Part shown: positions 18,940 through 27,383 of the stretch, piece by piece | Layout: each line of letters opens with the position of its first letter | Numbering within the stretch: the stretch's first letter is position 1 | IMG/VR virus record: IMGVR_UViG_3300016464_000318 | Location: 1 to 40,721 of that record | Origin: a virus | Taxonomy: Duplodnaviria > Caudoviricetes | Length of the DNA: 40,721 nt | Reading direction: 5' to 3' (one strand) | Program-made: the position numbers and the translations under genes | Notes under the pieces: model-generated | Told to the model about the DNA's origin: nothing | The model's input: only the letters and a program-made list of their open reading frames with translations | The model's database searches: none

Positions 18940-20627
18940 TGCCGACATTTGAGATCGTCGGGCCTGACGGCGGCACCTACCACATCGACGCCGACAACGA
19001 GGCGGCTGCTCTTTCCGCCTTTCACCCCGAGGCGAATACGATCGCAGGCCCGGCGGCTGATTTCACCGCCGGCATGATGCGCAAGTTCAAGCAGGGCGCT
19101 GCGCTTGGTTTTGGCGACGAGGCGTCTGCGGCTCTCAAGGGCGTCTTTGGAGGTCGTGGCGCCGAGGGCAATACCTTTGGCGAGCGATATGCCAATGCCC
19201 GCGATTATGAGCGCCGCGCACTGGAGCAGGCCGACAAGGACACCGGCTGGTATGGCACGGGCGCCGAGATCGCCGGATCCATCCCGGCGTCGATCGCAGG
19301 TGGTGAGATATTCTCCGCTCTGCGCGGTCTCCAGGCCGGCGGCAAAGCGGTCAAGACAGCCGTTCCGCTGCTCTCCAAGCCTGCAGCAGCTCTTCCGGTC
19401 ACAGCGGAGGCCGCTGGCGCGTCATTGCCGGCTCTTGCTGGATCTGTGACCCCGCGCACTGCGGTCGCTCCTGCGGCCACCAGAGCCAACTGGGAAGCGC
19501 TGAAGAACAGCATGGGCGCCGGCGCAATCACGGGCGCAGTTCAGGCTGGTGGCGATGCAGACACGGTCGCCGAGATGCCTGACCAGATGCTGAAAGGTTC
19601 GCTCGTCGGCGCTGTCGGCGGCGCGGCGGGTCACGGCCTGGGCGCAGCAGCCAATCGCCTAGCGGCTTACACCAACGCCGCTGAGCGGGTGGCGCGATCG
19701 CCGTCAACGCAATCGTTGAAAGATACGGCGCAGAAATTTTACGGCGCCTTCGAGAACTCCGGCGGCAGATACACGCCCGCATTCATCGACGACATGCGCA
19801 CGGCGCTTATGAAGAAGCTGCAGTCTGAGGGCTGGTCGTCATCTATAACGTCGAAACCTGTCGGCGTGATGCGCGAGCTGGACAAACTCCGGCAGATGGA
19901 GGCGATGGGTCTCGGCAAGCCGACCCCGACGCAGATCCAAAACGTCCGCAACATGATCCAAAACATCCGCCGCAGCGACGACGACAACGAAGCGCGGTTT
20001 GGCTCGCTGTTAATGGACGAGTTCGACAACCTCCTGACGAACCCGGCCAGCCACCATTTCGTCGGCGGCGACGGCAAGGTCTCGGCGGCAAACCTGGCAG
20101 AAGGCAACAAGCATTGGCGCCAATATTCCAAGGCCAATGAGCTGGACGACGCCATGTGGCGCGCTCAGAACCGCGCAGGCTCGACCTACTCAGGCGGCAA
20201 CATCAACAACGCCATGCGCCAGAACCTGCGCCAGGTCTGGGAACGCCACGGCATGGGCAACTATACGCCGGACGAAAACGCAGCGATGCAGGTCGGCGTT
20301 CGCGGCAATACGGCTGAGAACCTTGCGCGCAAGATCGGAAACTACTCTCCGCTGAAAGGCCCGGTGTCGGCTCTCGCTCTCGGCTCAATCCTCCACGATT
20401 ACCCGGAGATTGCGCTTGCGGTCACGGGCGTCACGCATGGCGCCAAAGTTCTTGGCGACCAGCTGACGAAACGCAACGTCAATGAGGCGATGCGGGTGGT
20501 TCGCGCTGGAGGAACGAGGCGACCCGTTCTTCCTCCTCCGAATGCGATCCAGAGAGGCGTCAGAACAATGACGCGACCTCTTGGTGGCATTGGCGGCGCG
20601 GCGGCTGTTCGAGGTCTCCTCGACTAG
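18939..20627 (+). CDS. Putative DNA ejection protein 3
   Basis: MPTFEIVGPDG N-terminus, QGAALGFGDE motif, Gly/Ala-rich hydrophobic segments; ends RGLLD. Confidence 0.7.
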   Translation: MPTFEIVGPDGGTYHIDADNEAAALSAFHPEANTIAGPAADFTAGMMRKFKQGAALGFGDEASAALKGVFGGRGAEGNTFGERYANARDYERRALEQADKDTGWYGTGAEIAGSIPASIAGGEIFSALRGLQAGGKAVKTAVPLLSKPAAALPVTAEAAGASLPALAGSVTPRTAVAPAATRANWEALKNSMGAGAITGAVQAGGDADTVAEMPDQMLKGSLVGAVGGAAGHGLGAAANRLAAYTNAAERVARSPSTQSLKDTAQKFYGAFENSGGRYTPAFIDDMRTALMKKLQSEGWSSSITSKPVGVMRELDKLRQMEAMGLGKPTPTQIQNVRNMIQNIRRSDDDNEARFGSLLMDEFDNLLTNPASHHFVGGDGKVSAANLAEGNKHWRQYSKANELDDAMWRAQNRAGSTYSGGNINNAMRQNLRQVWERHGMGNYTPDENAAMQVGVRGNTAENLARKIGNYSPLKGPVSALALGSILHDYPEIALAVTGVTHGAKVLGDQLTKRNVNEAMRVVRAGGTRRPVLPPPNAIQRGVRTMTRPLGGIGGAAAVRGLLD

Positions 20628-20659
20628 CGTCAATGCCGGACGACGAGATCCAATTCATC

Positions 20660-20694
20660 AAAGGGCTGTGCCTCGCTGGTGCGGCCCTTTTTTT
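20660..20694 (+). terminator. Terminator after the structural module
   Basis: AAAGGGCTGTGCC...GGTGCGGCCCTTT stem followed by a T-run. Confidence 0.8.
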
Positions 20695-20742
20695 ATTGCG
20701 CGTTTTCTACATCACGATGCGCATGCTTATGGCGGAACTCCC

Positions 20743-21171
20743 ATGATCAATTCGCGTAATCTCGCAGACCTCAATCCTGTCGTTCAGGACATGGCGAAGA
20801 AATTCATCGCCGCTGCGAAGAAGGAGGGCATCGATGTCCTGGTTACTAGCACTTATCGTGATGGTGAGAGCCAGAACGCTCTTTATGCGCAGGGCCGCAC
20901 AAAAGCAGGCCGTATTGTTACAAACGCGAAAGCGGGACAATCCTGGCACAACTACCGGCTCGCGTTTGACGTCGTCCCGCTCGTGAACGGCAAAGCGATG
21001 TGGAACGATCTGCGCACGTTCCAGCGCCTCGGCCAGATTGGCAAGAGCGTAGGCCTGGAATGGGCCGGCGATTGGAAGACGTTTCGTGAGTATCCGCATT
21101 TCCAGTGGACGGGCGGTCTGACGCTCGCCCAGCTCCGCGCTGGGAAACAACCTCCGACGAAGCTCGCATGA
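20743..21171 (+). CDS. Endolysin, M15 family (L-Ala-D-Glu type) peptidase
   Basis: R..E.QNALYAQGRT, VTNAKAGQSWHNYRLAFD, WAGDW..F.EYPHFQ; ATG at 20743 preferred over 20581. Confidence 0.92.
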   Translation: MINSRNLADLNPVVQDMAKKFIAAAKKEGIDVLVTSTYRDGESQNALYAQGRTKAGRIVTNAKAGQSWHNYRLAFDVVPLVNGKAMWNDLRTFQRLGQIGKSVGLEWAGDWKTFREYPHFQWTGGLTLAQLRAGKQPPTKLA

Positions 21172-21311
21172 TCAAAGAACTCGCTCACACAATCATCGCG
21201 CTTGCGATGCTTGCCTGCATCATTGTCGGCGCCGCGTTTCTAACCGGCTGCGAAACGGCAAAATACGCTGAGTGCATCGCTCGCGATCGAACCTCTAACC
21301 CCTGCAACTAG
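21168..21311 (+). CDS. Small putative lipoprotein in the lysis cassette
   Basis: ATGA-coupled to the endolysin; hydrophobic stretch then LTGC lipobox. Confidence 0.55.
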   Translation: MIKELAHTIIALAMLACIIVGAAFLTGCETAKYAECIARDRTSNPCN

Positions 21312-21320
21312 GAGATAAAT

Positions 21321-21494
21321 ATGCTTACCAGCTGGAAAACCACGATCCCCGGCATCCTCGCGCTGCTCGCGGTCGCCTGGAATGCTTGGCAGACGAAGAC
21401 GATCAACATCGATGATGTGGTCGCGGCACTCGTCGGCGTCGGCCTCGTCCAGGCGAAGGACTGGAACGTCACCGGCGGCAATAAGTCGCTGTGA
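21321..21494 (+). CDS. Putative holin (57 aa; absent from the ORF track)
   Basis: AGGAG RBS; MLTSWKTTIPGILALLAVAWNAW...VVAALVGVGLVQAKDWNVTGG, two hydrophobic segments. Confidence 0.7.
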   Translation: MLTSWKTTIPGILALLAVAWNAWQTKTINIDDVVAALVGVGLVQAKDWNVTGGNKSL

Positions 21495-21733
21495 TTGTCT
21501 GGATCCTTCAGCTTCTCGGCGGCCTGTTCTCGGTCGCCGGCAAGCTCTTCGATTATCTGAACCAGAAGCAGATGGTCGATCTCGCCAAGACCGCACAGCA
21601 GCTCGAAAATCTAAAGGCCCAGGTCGATGCCGCCCACAAATCCGTTGAGATCCGCGAAGCTGTTCGCGCTGCTCTTGAGCGCAATCCCGGCAGCGTCATG
21701 TCAGTCGACGAGTTTACCCGCCCCGACGACTAA
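21491..21733 (+). CDS. Putative i-spanin (Rz-like)
   Basis: N-terminal transmembrane segment plus coiled coil; overlapped by a lipoprotein gene. Confidence 0.7.
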   Translation: MIVWILQLLGGLFSVAGKLFDYLNQKQMVDLAKTAQQLENLKAQVDAAHKSVEIREAVRAALERNPGSVMSVDEFTRPDD

Positions 21734-21857
21734 TGCGCTCGCGTTTTGCGATGCCGCACGGCCAATCTACTGGTCAACGCGCGATACTCCCAAAACAGTG
21801 GCGCAGATCAAACAGCACAACGCGGTCGGCAAAATATGCGGGTGGGGCAAGAAATGA
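21627..21857 (+). CDS. Putative o-spanin (Rz1-like lipoprotein)
   Basis: Overlaps the i-spanin in another frame; LLLSAIPAASC lipobox; FCDAARPIYWS..DT...IKQHNAVG..CGW pattern. Confidence 0.75.
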   Translation: MPPTNPLRSAKLFALLLSAIPAASCQSTSLPAPTTNALAFCDAARPIYWSTRDTPKTVAQIKQHNAVGKICGWGKK

Positions 21858-22156
21858 TCTCAGAAGAGGGCCAGCGTCTGATTGACGCGATCCGCGAATA
21901 TGTGACGCCATACCTAGTCCCTGTCGCCGGTGGCGCCATTGGCTACATCGCAGGGCAAAAAAAGATGGCCGCAGAGGCAAACAAGCTAGAGATCGAAGCT
22001 GATGCCGCTCAGCTCGACAGTATAACCAGGCACTTTCAGGCTCTGATTGCTGGCTATGAGGCCAGGGTCAAAGACCTGACGAGCGAAATAGAAGATCTGC
22101 GGGAAGAGGTCATGGCGCTGCGGAAGGCGCTGGATCAGCGCCCCCGCCCTTACTGA
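21854..22156 (+). CDS. Membrane-anchored coiled-coil protein
   Basis: ATGA overlap; hydrophobic LVPVAGGAIGYIAG then heptad repeats. Confidence 0.6.
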   Translation: MISEEGQRLIDAIREYVTPYLVPVAGGAIGYIAGQKKMAAEANKLEIEADAAQLDSITRHFQALIAGYEARVKDLTSEIEDLREEVMALRKALDQRPRPY

Positions 22157-22348
22157 CTAACGCGCTAAACATTTCCCCTCGGCATTGAGGGGGCAGAGAT
22201 ACCCGGCTGGAGGAAACTCTAGCCGGGCTTTTTTTGTTTCTGGCGGGTCGAGAAACGTGTGAACTATAGCCGCCACGCCGAGGATGATGATCAGCCCGAT
22301 CACAAACACGATCGCCGCCGCCTCTATGATTTCGAGGGCTGCTTTCAT
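22157..22348 (-). CDS. Small membrane protein
   Basis: One long hydrophobic helix; ATGA-coupled to the upstream gene. Confidence 0.5.
   Translation of the reverse strand: MKAALEIIEAAAIVFVIGLIIILGVAAIVHTFLDPPETKKARLEFPPAGYLCPLNAEGKCLAR
22202..22235 (+). terminator. End-of-late-operon terminator
   Basis: CCCGGCTGGAG-GAAA-CTCTAGCCGGG followed by C and T7. Confidence 0.8.
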
Positions 22349-22665
22349 GCTGCAGCCTTACGCTTGGCAGGCTTCTCTTCGATCGTCTCCAGCTGGTCGG
22401 AGATGATCTTGCTGAGAGCTTCGAGCTTGGGGTTGGCCGGCGCCTGCGTCTCGCTCACCAGGCCGTAATGATCCCCGCCCTGCTGGGTAGGGGAGAGAGC
22501 CGCTAGGTCGAGGTTCCAGGCGACGCCGAGCATGCGCTGGGTGTCGTCGTAGATCCAGGGCTTGTTGGCCCGGCCATCGAAGACCTGCTGGGCCACGATT
22601 GAGTTAATGGCGACCGTCAGGCGAGAGATCGCGCGCTGGTCGTTGATAATCGCCTCAAAGCTCAT
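22345..22665 (-). CDS. Hypothetical protein
   Basis: AGGAG RBS 8 nt before the ATG; GC3-rich codon usage. Confidence 0.65.
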   Translation of the reverse strand: MSFEAIINDQRAISRLTVAINSIVAQQVFDGRANKPWIYDDTQRMLGVAWNLDLAALSPTQQGGDHYGLVSETQAPANPKLEALSKIISDQLETIEEKPAKRKAAA

Positions 22666-22953
22666 TCTGTCATCTCCTGGCCGCCCAGGGAGATGCGAAC
22701 CCTCACGCGCGGCGGGCGACCGGCCCGGCGGGGGTTATGGACGCCCGGCGAACCCCAGTGACGGGCGCCGGTGATTATCGGGATCGGGGAGAAGAGCCGG
22801 CGGATCTTGCGCAGAACAAACCACGCCCGGCTCCACCGTACTCCACGAGTTTTCCACCAGTTTGTTCCGCATTTGGGCGCTTTTGGCTGCGCCGGCCTGC
22901 GTTCGGCGATTTTTTTGTTCTCGCCGTAAGTATTGGTTTTGCTGGGGTTTTGA

Positions 22954-23000
22954 TGGTGGGCGGCACAGGGATTGAACCTGTGACCCCTCCCGTGTGAAGG
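22954..23000 (-). mobile_element. attP core: 3' 47 nt of tRNA-Val(CAC)
   Basis: Minus strand reads CCTTCACACGGGAGGGGTCACAGGTTCAATCCCTGTGCCGCCCACCA (anticodon loop CAC, T-arm GGTTCAATCC, CCA end); no 5' half; 35 nt downstream of the int stop. Confidence 0.9.
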
Positions 23001-23035
23001 CTCCAGTATTCCCAGCAATTCCAATAGCTTATGCA

Positions 23036-24046
23036 TCATTTTACGATATTTCCACATACGCTGATTATTGGGAACATATCTGACGCTCTCGCAGCGGCGC
23101 TTACATCAACGTGTTCGTATCTGCGCGCAGCGTCGTGACTGAGCCATGCGCCAGACGCGACGAGACCTGATGTGTCGAGGTTTCCGTAGCGACGCATATA
23201 AGCTCCGTAGGTGTGTCTGAATGCGTGAAAGCTGACGCCGTCAGGGATAAACACCTTTGCCTCACGCGCGGCCTCGTCTAGCCATCTGTATATCCGACCG
23301 CCTTTGCAGAACCGGAAAACCTTACCGATGCGATCCAACCCGCGCGGGTGCGCAGACAGGGCTGCAATTAGCGGCGCCGGCAAATGAACGGTTCTCGGCA
23401 AGCCATTCTTGGTCGTTTCAACGTAAGCCCGACCTTCCGACAGGCTGAGATGCCGAACCTGTAAATCAAGCCCCTCGGACAAGCGCAGGCCTGTGTAAAG
23501 CAAGAGCTGCAGGAATATGCCGAACTCCTGATTGTTCTTTGTCGCCGCAGTGATCAGGCGCTCAGCCTCTGCAGGCTCAAAGAAAAATGTCCTCGGCGTG
23601 CCTTTGCTGCCTTTGGGGCGATCGAACTGCGTTTTGACGCGCGAGGCCTTCAGGATCGCGCTGATCGGGGTGTAGACCTGACGATTGCGGGTAGCCGGCG
23701 TTGCTTTCGGTAATAAGGTGATAGCCGCATCGTCGACCATCTCCTGCGTGATTTCCGTAATCAACGTCGACCCGAAATAACCCACCAGCTGCTTCAAAAA
23801 CCGATCTTCGCCGCCGGTGTTCAGGTATCTATTCACCGCGTTGACGAATGTTGGGCCATTGGCTTTGGCAATGCGACCACATTTGATCCGGTCGTCGATG
23901 TCTCGCTCAATTTCTTTGAGCCGCTGTTTGGCGATTTTTTCGTTAGACGAGCCAGAAGTAAGGTCAATTCTGATGCCTCTGTAGGTGCCGCGTATTTGAT
24001 AGTTTGGCGTTTTGCCTTCTCTAGGCGGATGGAGCTTGAGGGGCAT
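23036..24046 (-). CDS. int: Tyrosine recombinase (integrase)
   Basis: LLLYTGLRLSE, TKNG, FHAFRHT, terminal RRY; GAW in place of the usual LGH. Confidence 0.92.
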   Translation of the reverse strand: MPLKLHPPREGKTPNYQIRGTYRGIRIDLTSGSSNEKIAKQRLKEIERDIDDRIKCGRIAKANGPTFVNAVNRYLNTGGEDRFLKQLVGYFGSTLITEITQEMVDDAAITLLPKATPATRNRQVYTPISAILKASRVKTQFDRPKGSKGTPRTFFFEPAEAERLITAATKNNQEFGIFLQLLLYTGLRLSEGLDLQVRHLSLSEGRAYVETTKNGLPRTVHLPAPLIAALSAHPRGLDRIGKVFRFCKGGRIYRWLDEAAREAKVFIPDGVSFHAFRHTYGAYMRRYGNLDTSGLVASGAWLSHDAARRYEHVDVSAAARASDMFPIISVCGNIVK

Positions 24047-24207
24047 TGAGGTAATCTCCGGTAGATTTCAATTACGTCGGCTTCTGTAAAAAGACGCTGT
24101 CTCCCGGCCTTTCGACCGATCGGCTGACCGCGCAGAAACTCTTGCAGCCAGCGCTTGGAAACGTGGATCTTCTCAGCGACCTCGCTCATTGTCAGAAAGT
24201 CGACCAT
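23833..24207 (-). CDS. Excisionase-like HTH protein with C-terminal extension overlapping int
   Basis: LTMSEVAEKIHVSKRWL...GRQRLFTEADV winged-helix pattern directly upstream of int. Confidence 0.7.
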   Translation of the reverse strand: MVDFLTMSEVAEKIHVSKRWLQEFLRGQPIGRKAGRQRLFTEADVIEIYRRLPQCPSSSIRLEKAKRQTIKYAAPTEASELTLLLARLTKKSPNSGSKKLSETSTTGSNVVALPKPMAQHSSTR

Positions 24208-24235
24208 CTTATTTATCCTGCTTGATACATTTGGT

Positions 24236-24544
24236 TCAATGCCCTTCCTTCTTATTGCAGGGCGCCATGAAATCATTGATGTCTACGACGTTGGTTTCCT
24301 TGATCTCGCCGCTGATTACGATCGCGCGGAAAACCTCCTCAGTCGCATCTTCTAGGTAGTCAATGATCTCCGAGATCTCGTAATCTCTGGCCGAACAGTT
24401 GGCGGCCATAAGGAGGGCAAAGGCGTTGAGAACATCCTGCCCTTTCGAGGAGCCAATAGCGGCGCCGATCTTCTCGTAGAGAGCGAACGCCGGCTTCAGC
24501 CTTTCGCGCTGCTCTTTGGTCAACATGAAGACGACCCCGTTCAT
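24236..24544 (-). CDS. Hypothetical protein
   Basis: Coupled ORF in the leftward early operon. Confidence 0.6.
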   Translation of the reverse strand: MNGVVFMLTKEQRERLKPAFALYEKIGAAIGSSKGQDVLNAFALLMAANCSARDYEISEIIDYLEDATEEVFRAIVISGEIKETNVVDINDFMAPCNKKEGH

Positions 24545-24924
24545 TTGTATAAGTTCCTTGGTGGTAGTTTTTGCTTCTCTACGCGCGCCTGTTTTTCAGC
24601 CCTTGGAAAGCCCCGCGACTGGATTTTTTGTCGATCGTCGCGCTTAATCCCCAAGGCAGCCATTTTCGAGCGTTTCGCTTTTGCGATGCGAGGGAGATCC
24701 TCTTCAACTGTCTTAGCCTTTGCACACGCCACATGAACTGGCGCCCGATTGTCGTCGTCGTTTGTTCCTCCGAGGCCGAGGGCGCGGAGGTGTTCGTCGA
24801 TCCATTTCTCTCCAGAACGGATTTGTAGACCGCATAAAGCGCAGATGCCTTTATGTCGCTCAAACAGCTTGAGACGTTGTGTAGGTGTAAGACGTTTGCG
24901 TTCTGTGGTTCCGACATCGCTCAC
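24541..24924 (-). CDS. HNH endonuclease-like protein
   Basis: GICALCG...EHLRALGLGGTN...N.APVH..C..KT..D..RIAKAKR. Confidence 0.8.
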   Translation of the reverse strand: MSDVGTTERKRLTPTQRLKLFERHKGICALCGLQIRSGEKWIDEHLRALGLGGTNDDDNRAPVHVACAKAKTVEEDLPRIAKAKRSKMAALGIKRDDRQKIQSRGFPRAEKQARVEKQKLPPRNLYK

Positions 24925-26063
24925 GCCACTGCCTTTGTGGTGTAATTTACCAGTTTGTTCGAGACCTCTTGCATGTCGACCATATCGTCATGAACGATTT
25001 CGTTTTCTTTGTAATCAACCGCAGAAAACGTCATTTCTGGCATAAAGGCTGCATAATCTTTTCCAGGCACGGTGATCGCTATGGAATAGCCATTCCATGT
25101 GAATTTACGCTCACCCCGAAAATGCATTTTTATAACCGCTCCATTGCTTCGGATGTGCGGCTTAACTGAGTGAAATATCTTCTTCTTGCGGTTGCCAACA
25201 ATTTCTCGATCCCTAAAAAGACCAGCGGTAACATCGCCTTTAATATTAAATCTGGCGCATATGTTTCCTTTTGTAGCTCTCACATCAATCATTTGATGTT
25301 GTGCGATTTCGAATAATTGAGCAGCAAAATAAAAGCTGCTTAACATTATCTCCTCTGGCGTCTTCTTTTTCTTTTTGGCCTCAATCAATGCCCATTCTGG
25401 TAGCGCCCACTTTGACCTGTGAACTGTATATGTGCCTTTATGGCCGCCGGGACGCTTACTGTTGATTACTAATCTGTCATTTTGTTTCATCAACAATATT
25501 TTGCATTGGTTGTCTTTTGTGATCAAAACAGGGAATTGGATTAAAGCATCACGCTCTTCCTTATCGTTTTTTAATTTGAAAGAATGAACCGTGCTGACAA
25601 TATATATGTCTCCATCAACTGGAACGGGCTGGACGTTTTCAACGTAGTTGGTGTGCTTTCTGAAATAAGCAAATCTCATATATGAGCTTTCTCGATAAGA
25701 AGCCGGATCCTCTTCAACCATTACGCATCCAAATGAAGGGCGCGTATAAAGCCAGCGGGTTGGTAAAGATGCCCATTGATGCAATGTTTGCTGCGCATCC
25801 TCTCCAACGATAAGTTGGCCGCCAAGTTTCCTGTAAAATTCATAAGATTTTGGATCTAATTTCCGCATTTGTTTTATGTATTTAAAATATGCATCAAGAT
25901 TGTCCAGCAAGTCCTTTTTTAGTGCTTTAGGCTGATTTGTTTCCGCTTCTTTAACAACGTCATTTGCAATAACCGCTACATGCGCCGGATTGAGGCTTTT
26001 ATGCTGATCAAAGAATGACAGGAAAGCATTCCAATATCTTTTTATTGATTTTATTATCATCAT
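24921..26063 (-). CDS. AT-rich hypothetical protein (380 aa)
   Basis: GGAGG RBS; long ORF with visibly low GC; basic IFHSVKPHIR...HFRGER segment. Confidence 0.75.
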   Translation of the reverse strand: MMIIKSIKRYWNAFLSFFDQHKSLNPAHVAVIANDVVKEAETNQPKALKKDLLDNLDAYFKYIKQMRKLDPKSYEFYRKLGGQLIVGEDAQQTLHQWASLPTRWLYTRPSFGCVMVEEDPASYRESSYMRFAYFRKHTNYVENVQPVPVDGDIYIVSTVHSFKLKNDKEERDALIQFPVLITKDNQCKILLMKQNDRLVINSKRPGGHKGTYTVHRSKWALPEWALIEAKKKKKTPEEIMLSSFYFAAQLFEIAQHQMIDVRATKGNICARFNIKGDVTAGLFRDREIVGNRKKKIFHSVKPHIRSNGAVIKMHFRGERKFTWNGYSIAITVPGKDYAAFMPEMTFSAVDYKENEIVHDDMVDMQEVSNKLVNYTTKAVA

Positions 26064-26070
26064 TGCCTCC

Positions 26071-26460
26071 TCAGTTATTTTCTTCGTCGCTCAGCTTGAT
26101 GTCATTGTTGACGGCGAAATGGCTGATCAGATCCAGCAGATCGCTGAACTCTTCTTTCGTCAGATCGCTGGAGCGCAGACCGACAGGCACGATGCCGCCG
26201 TCAATTCCCGGCAGCATGCGGCACTTGCGCAGAGCTGCGACAAACACATCCTTCCAGTCTTCCGCCGTCATCCGGTGGCCGTAATATTCAGGCTTCTGCC
26301 TGGCGACGTCTGTGAGACGCTGCCAGAGCAGATCGTTTTGCGGCAGAGACCGGCGCGGCGCCTTGAACTCCAGACGGGTGCCTGGCGGTGCTTTCTGCAC
26401 CCAGTTCGACGCGCGCAGCCGATCGTCTTTGGTGCGCAATGTCATTGACGCTCTCGTCAC
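26071..26460 (-). CDS. ninB: NinB/Orf family recombination protein
   Basis: RSLPQNDLLW..LTDVARQ, EDWKDVF, PGIDGG, SSDLTKEEFSDLLDLI..F. Confidence 0.85.
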   Translation of the reverse strand: MTRASMTLRTKDDRLRASNWVQKAPPGTRLEFKAPRRSLPQNDLLWQRLTDVARQKPEYYGHRMTAEDWKDVFVAALRKCRMLPGIDGGIVPVGLRSSDLTKEEFSDLLDLISHFAVNNDIKLSDEENN

Positions 26461-26490
26461 ATCATTCTCCGAAATGCATGCGCCTGCCGA

Positions 26491-26754
26491 TTAAAATGGA
26501 ACCTCGTCGTCCAGCTCCTGGGACAAAGGGCGAGCGTCATACTGCGGCGCAGCCTCCTTGCGGGCCTGTTTTGGCTTCACCCGGAACGAGAGAAACGTGC
26601 CGCCGGTCTTGCTGGATTTCTTGATCCAGGCGTCGCAGAAATATTCGCCGCCGACAGCGTCGTAGAAGGAGCCGGTGTAATCCGGGTGCTTCTCTTCAGT
26701 CTTGCGATCGTTCTTGAACAAAACGCCGGTGTTGGAGTTATCATAGTCTGACAT
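26491..26754 (-). CDS. Putative single-stranded DNA-binding protein
   Basis: GVLFKNDRK...HPDYTG pattern; acidic SSB-type tail DDEVPF; next to erf. Confidence 0.7.
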   Translation of the reverse strand: MSDYDNSNTGVLFKNDRKTEEKHPDYTGSFYDAVGGEYFCDAWIKKSSKTGGTFLSFRVKPKQARKEAAPQYDARPLSQELDDEVPF

Positions 26755-27383
26755 TACGCAGCCTTTCCTTTAAGTTCGGCTTGTTGATCCTTGAATGCGG
26801 ATTGAAGAACCTCGACGTCGGCGCGGTGCATGCGCTCGCGAAGCGCAGAGGTGCTGTTAGACCATTGCAGAAGAGCCTCGCGGGAGGCGCAGAGCGTCAG
26901 GCTGGCGAGCAACGTGTCTCGCTCGCGGGCGCTATCAGCGACCGACATCAGCTCAACGGTCTCGGCCTTGGCAGGGCGTTTTGGGGCAGCTGCCGGAGAC
27001 GTCGCAGCGTTAGCGTCGTCATCCTCTTCGCCGGCAATGCCAACCATTGAGAAGAGGCTATAGCGGCGGCTGTAGGTGAGGCCGCTGCCCATCTCCTGCT
27101 GCTTCACCGGGAATTGACAGACGGGATACTCCGACTGGATCCATTGCCCCTGGAAAGCGAGGCGGGTGTAGAGGATCAGGTATCCATCAGCGAAGGACGT
27201 CGGCTGCGTCACGGAGATCCCGTGCTTGGACAGGACGCCGCGCACAATGTTCAGCCCCGCATCCAGCGTGGCGTATTTGCTGCGGAAATGCGGATTGACC
27301 GCATCTTTGGTCGGGTTCTCCAGCTCGGCCTGCGCCTTTGCCAAGGCCGCATCGATCTTGTCGGTTTGCTCGCTGGTTTTCAT
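26754..27383 (-). CDS. erf: ERF family ssDNA-annealing protein
   Basis: KDAVNPHFRSKYATL, QEMGSGLTYSRRYSL...GIAGEEDDDAN. Confidence 0.9.
   Translation of the reverse strand: MKTSEQTDKIDAALAKAQAELENPTKDAVNPHFRSKYATLDAGLNIVRGVLSKHGISVTQPTSFADGYLILYTRLAFQGQWIQSEYPVCQFPVKQQEMGSGLTYSRRYSLFSMVGIAGEEDDDANAATSPAAAPKRPAKAETVELMSVADSARERDTLLASLTLCASREALLQWSNSTSALRERMHRADVEVLQSAFKDQQAELKGKAA

Noticed and set aside
20581-20742. N-terminal extension of the endolysin in the ORF track
   Set aside because: It crosses the upstream gene end and a terminator; ATG 20743 gives a normal M15 protein. The track's upstream starts at 5427, 15521, 21105, 21746 and 31387 were trimmed for similar reasons.
22954-23000. 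Functional tRNA gene
   Set aside because: Only the 3' half is present; sequence past the anticodon loop cannot form the D-arm or acceptor stem. Explained as the attP core.
22662-23057. 131-aa ORF spanning attP
   Set aside because: It runs through the tRNA-derived core and hairpins, would be broken by integration, and shows no protein-like motif.
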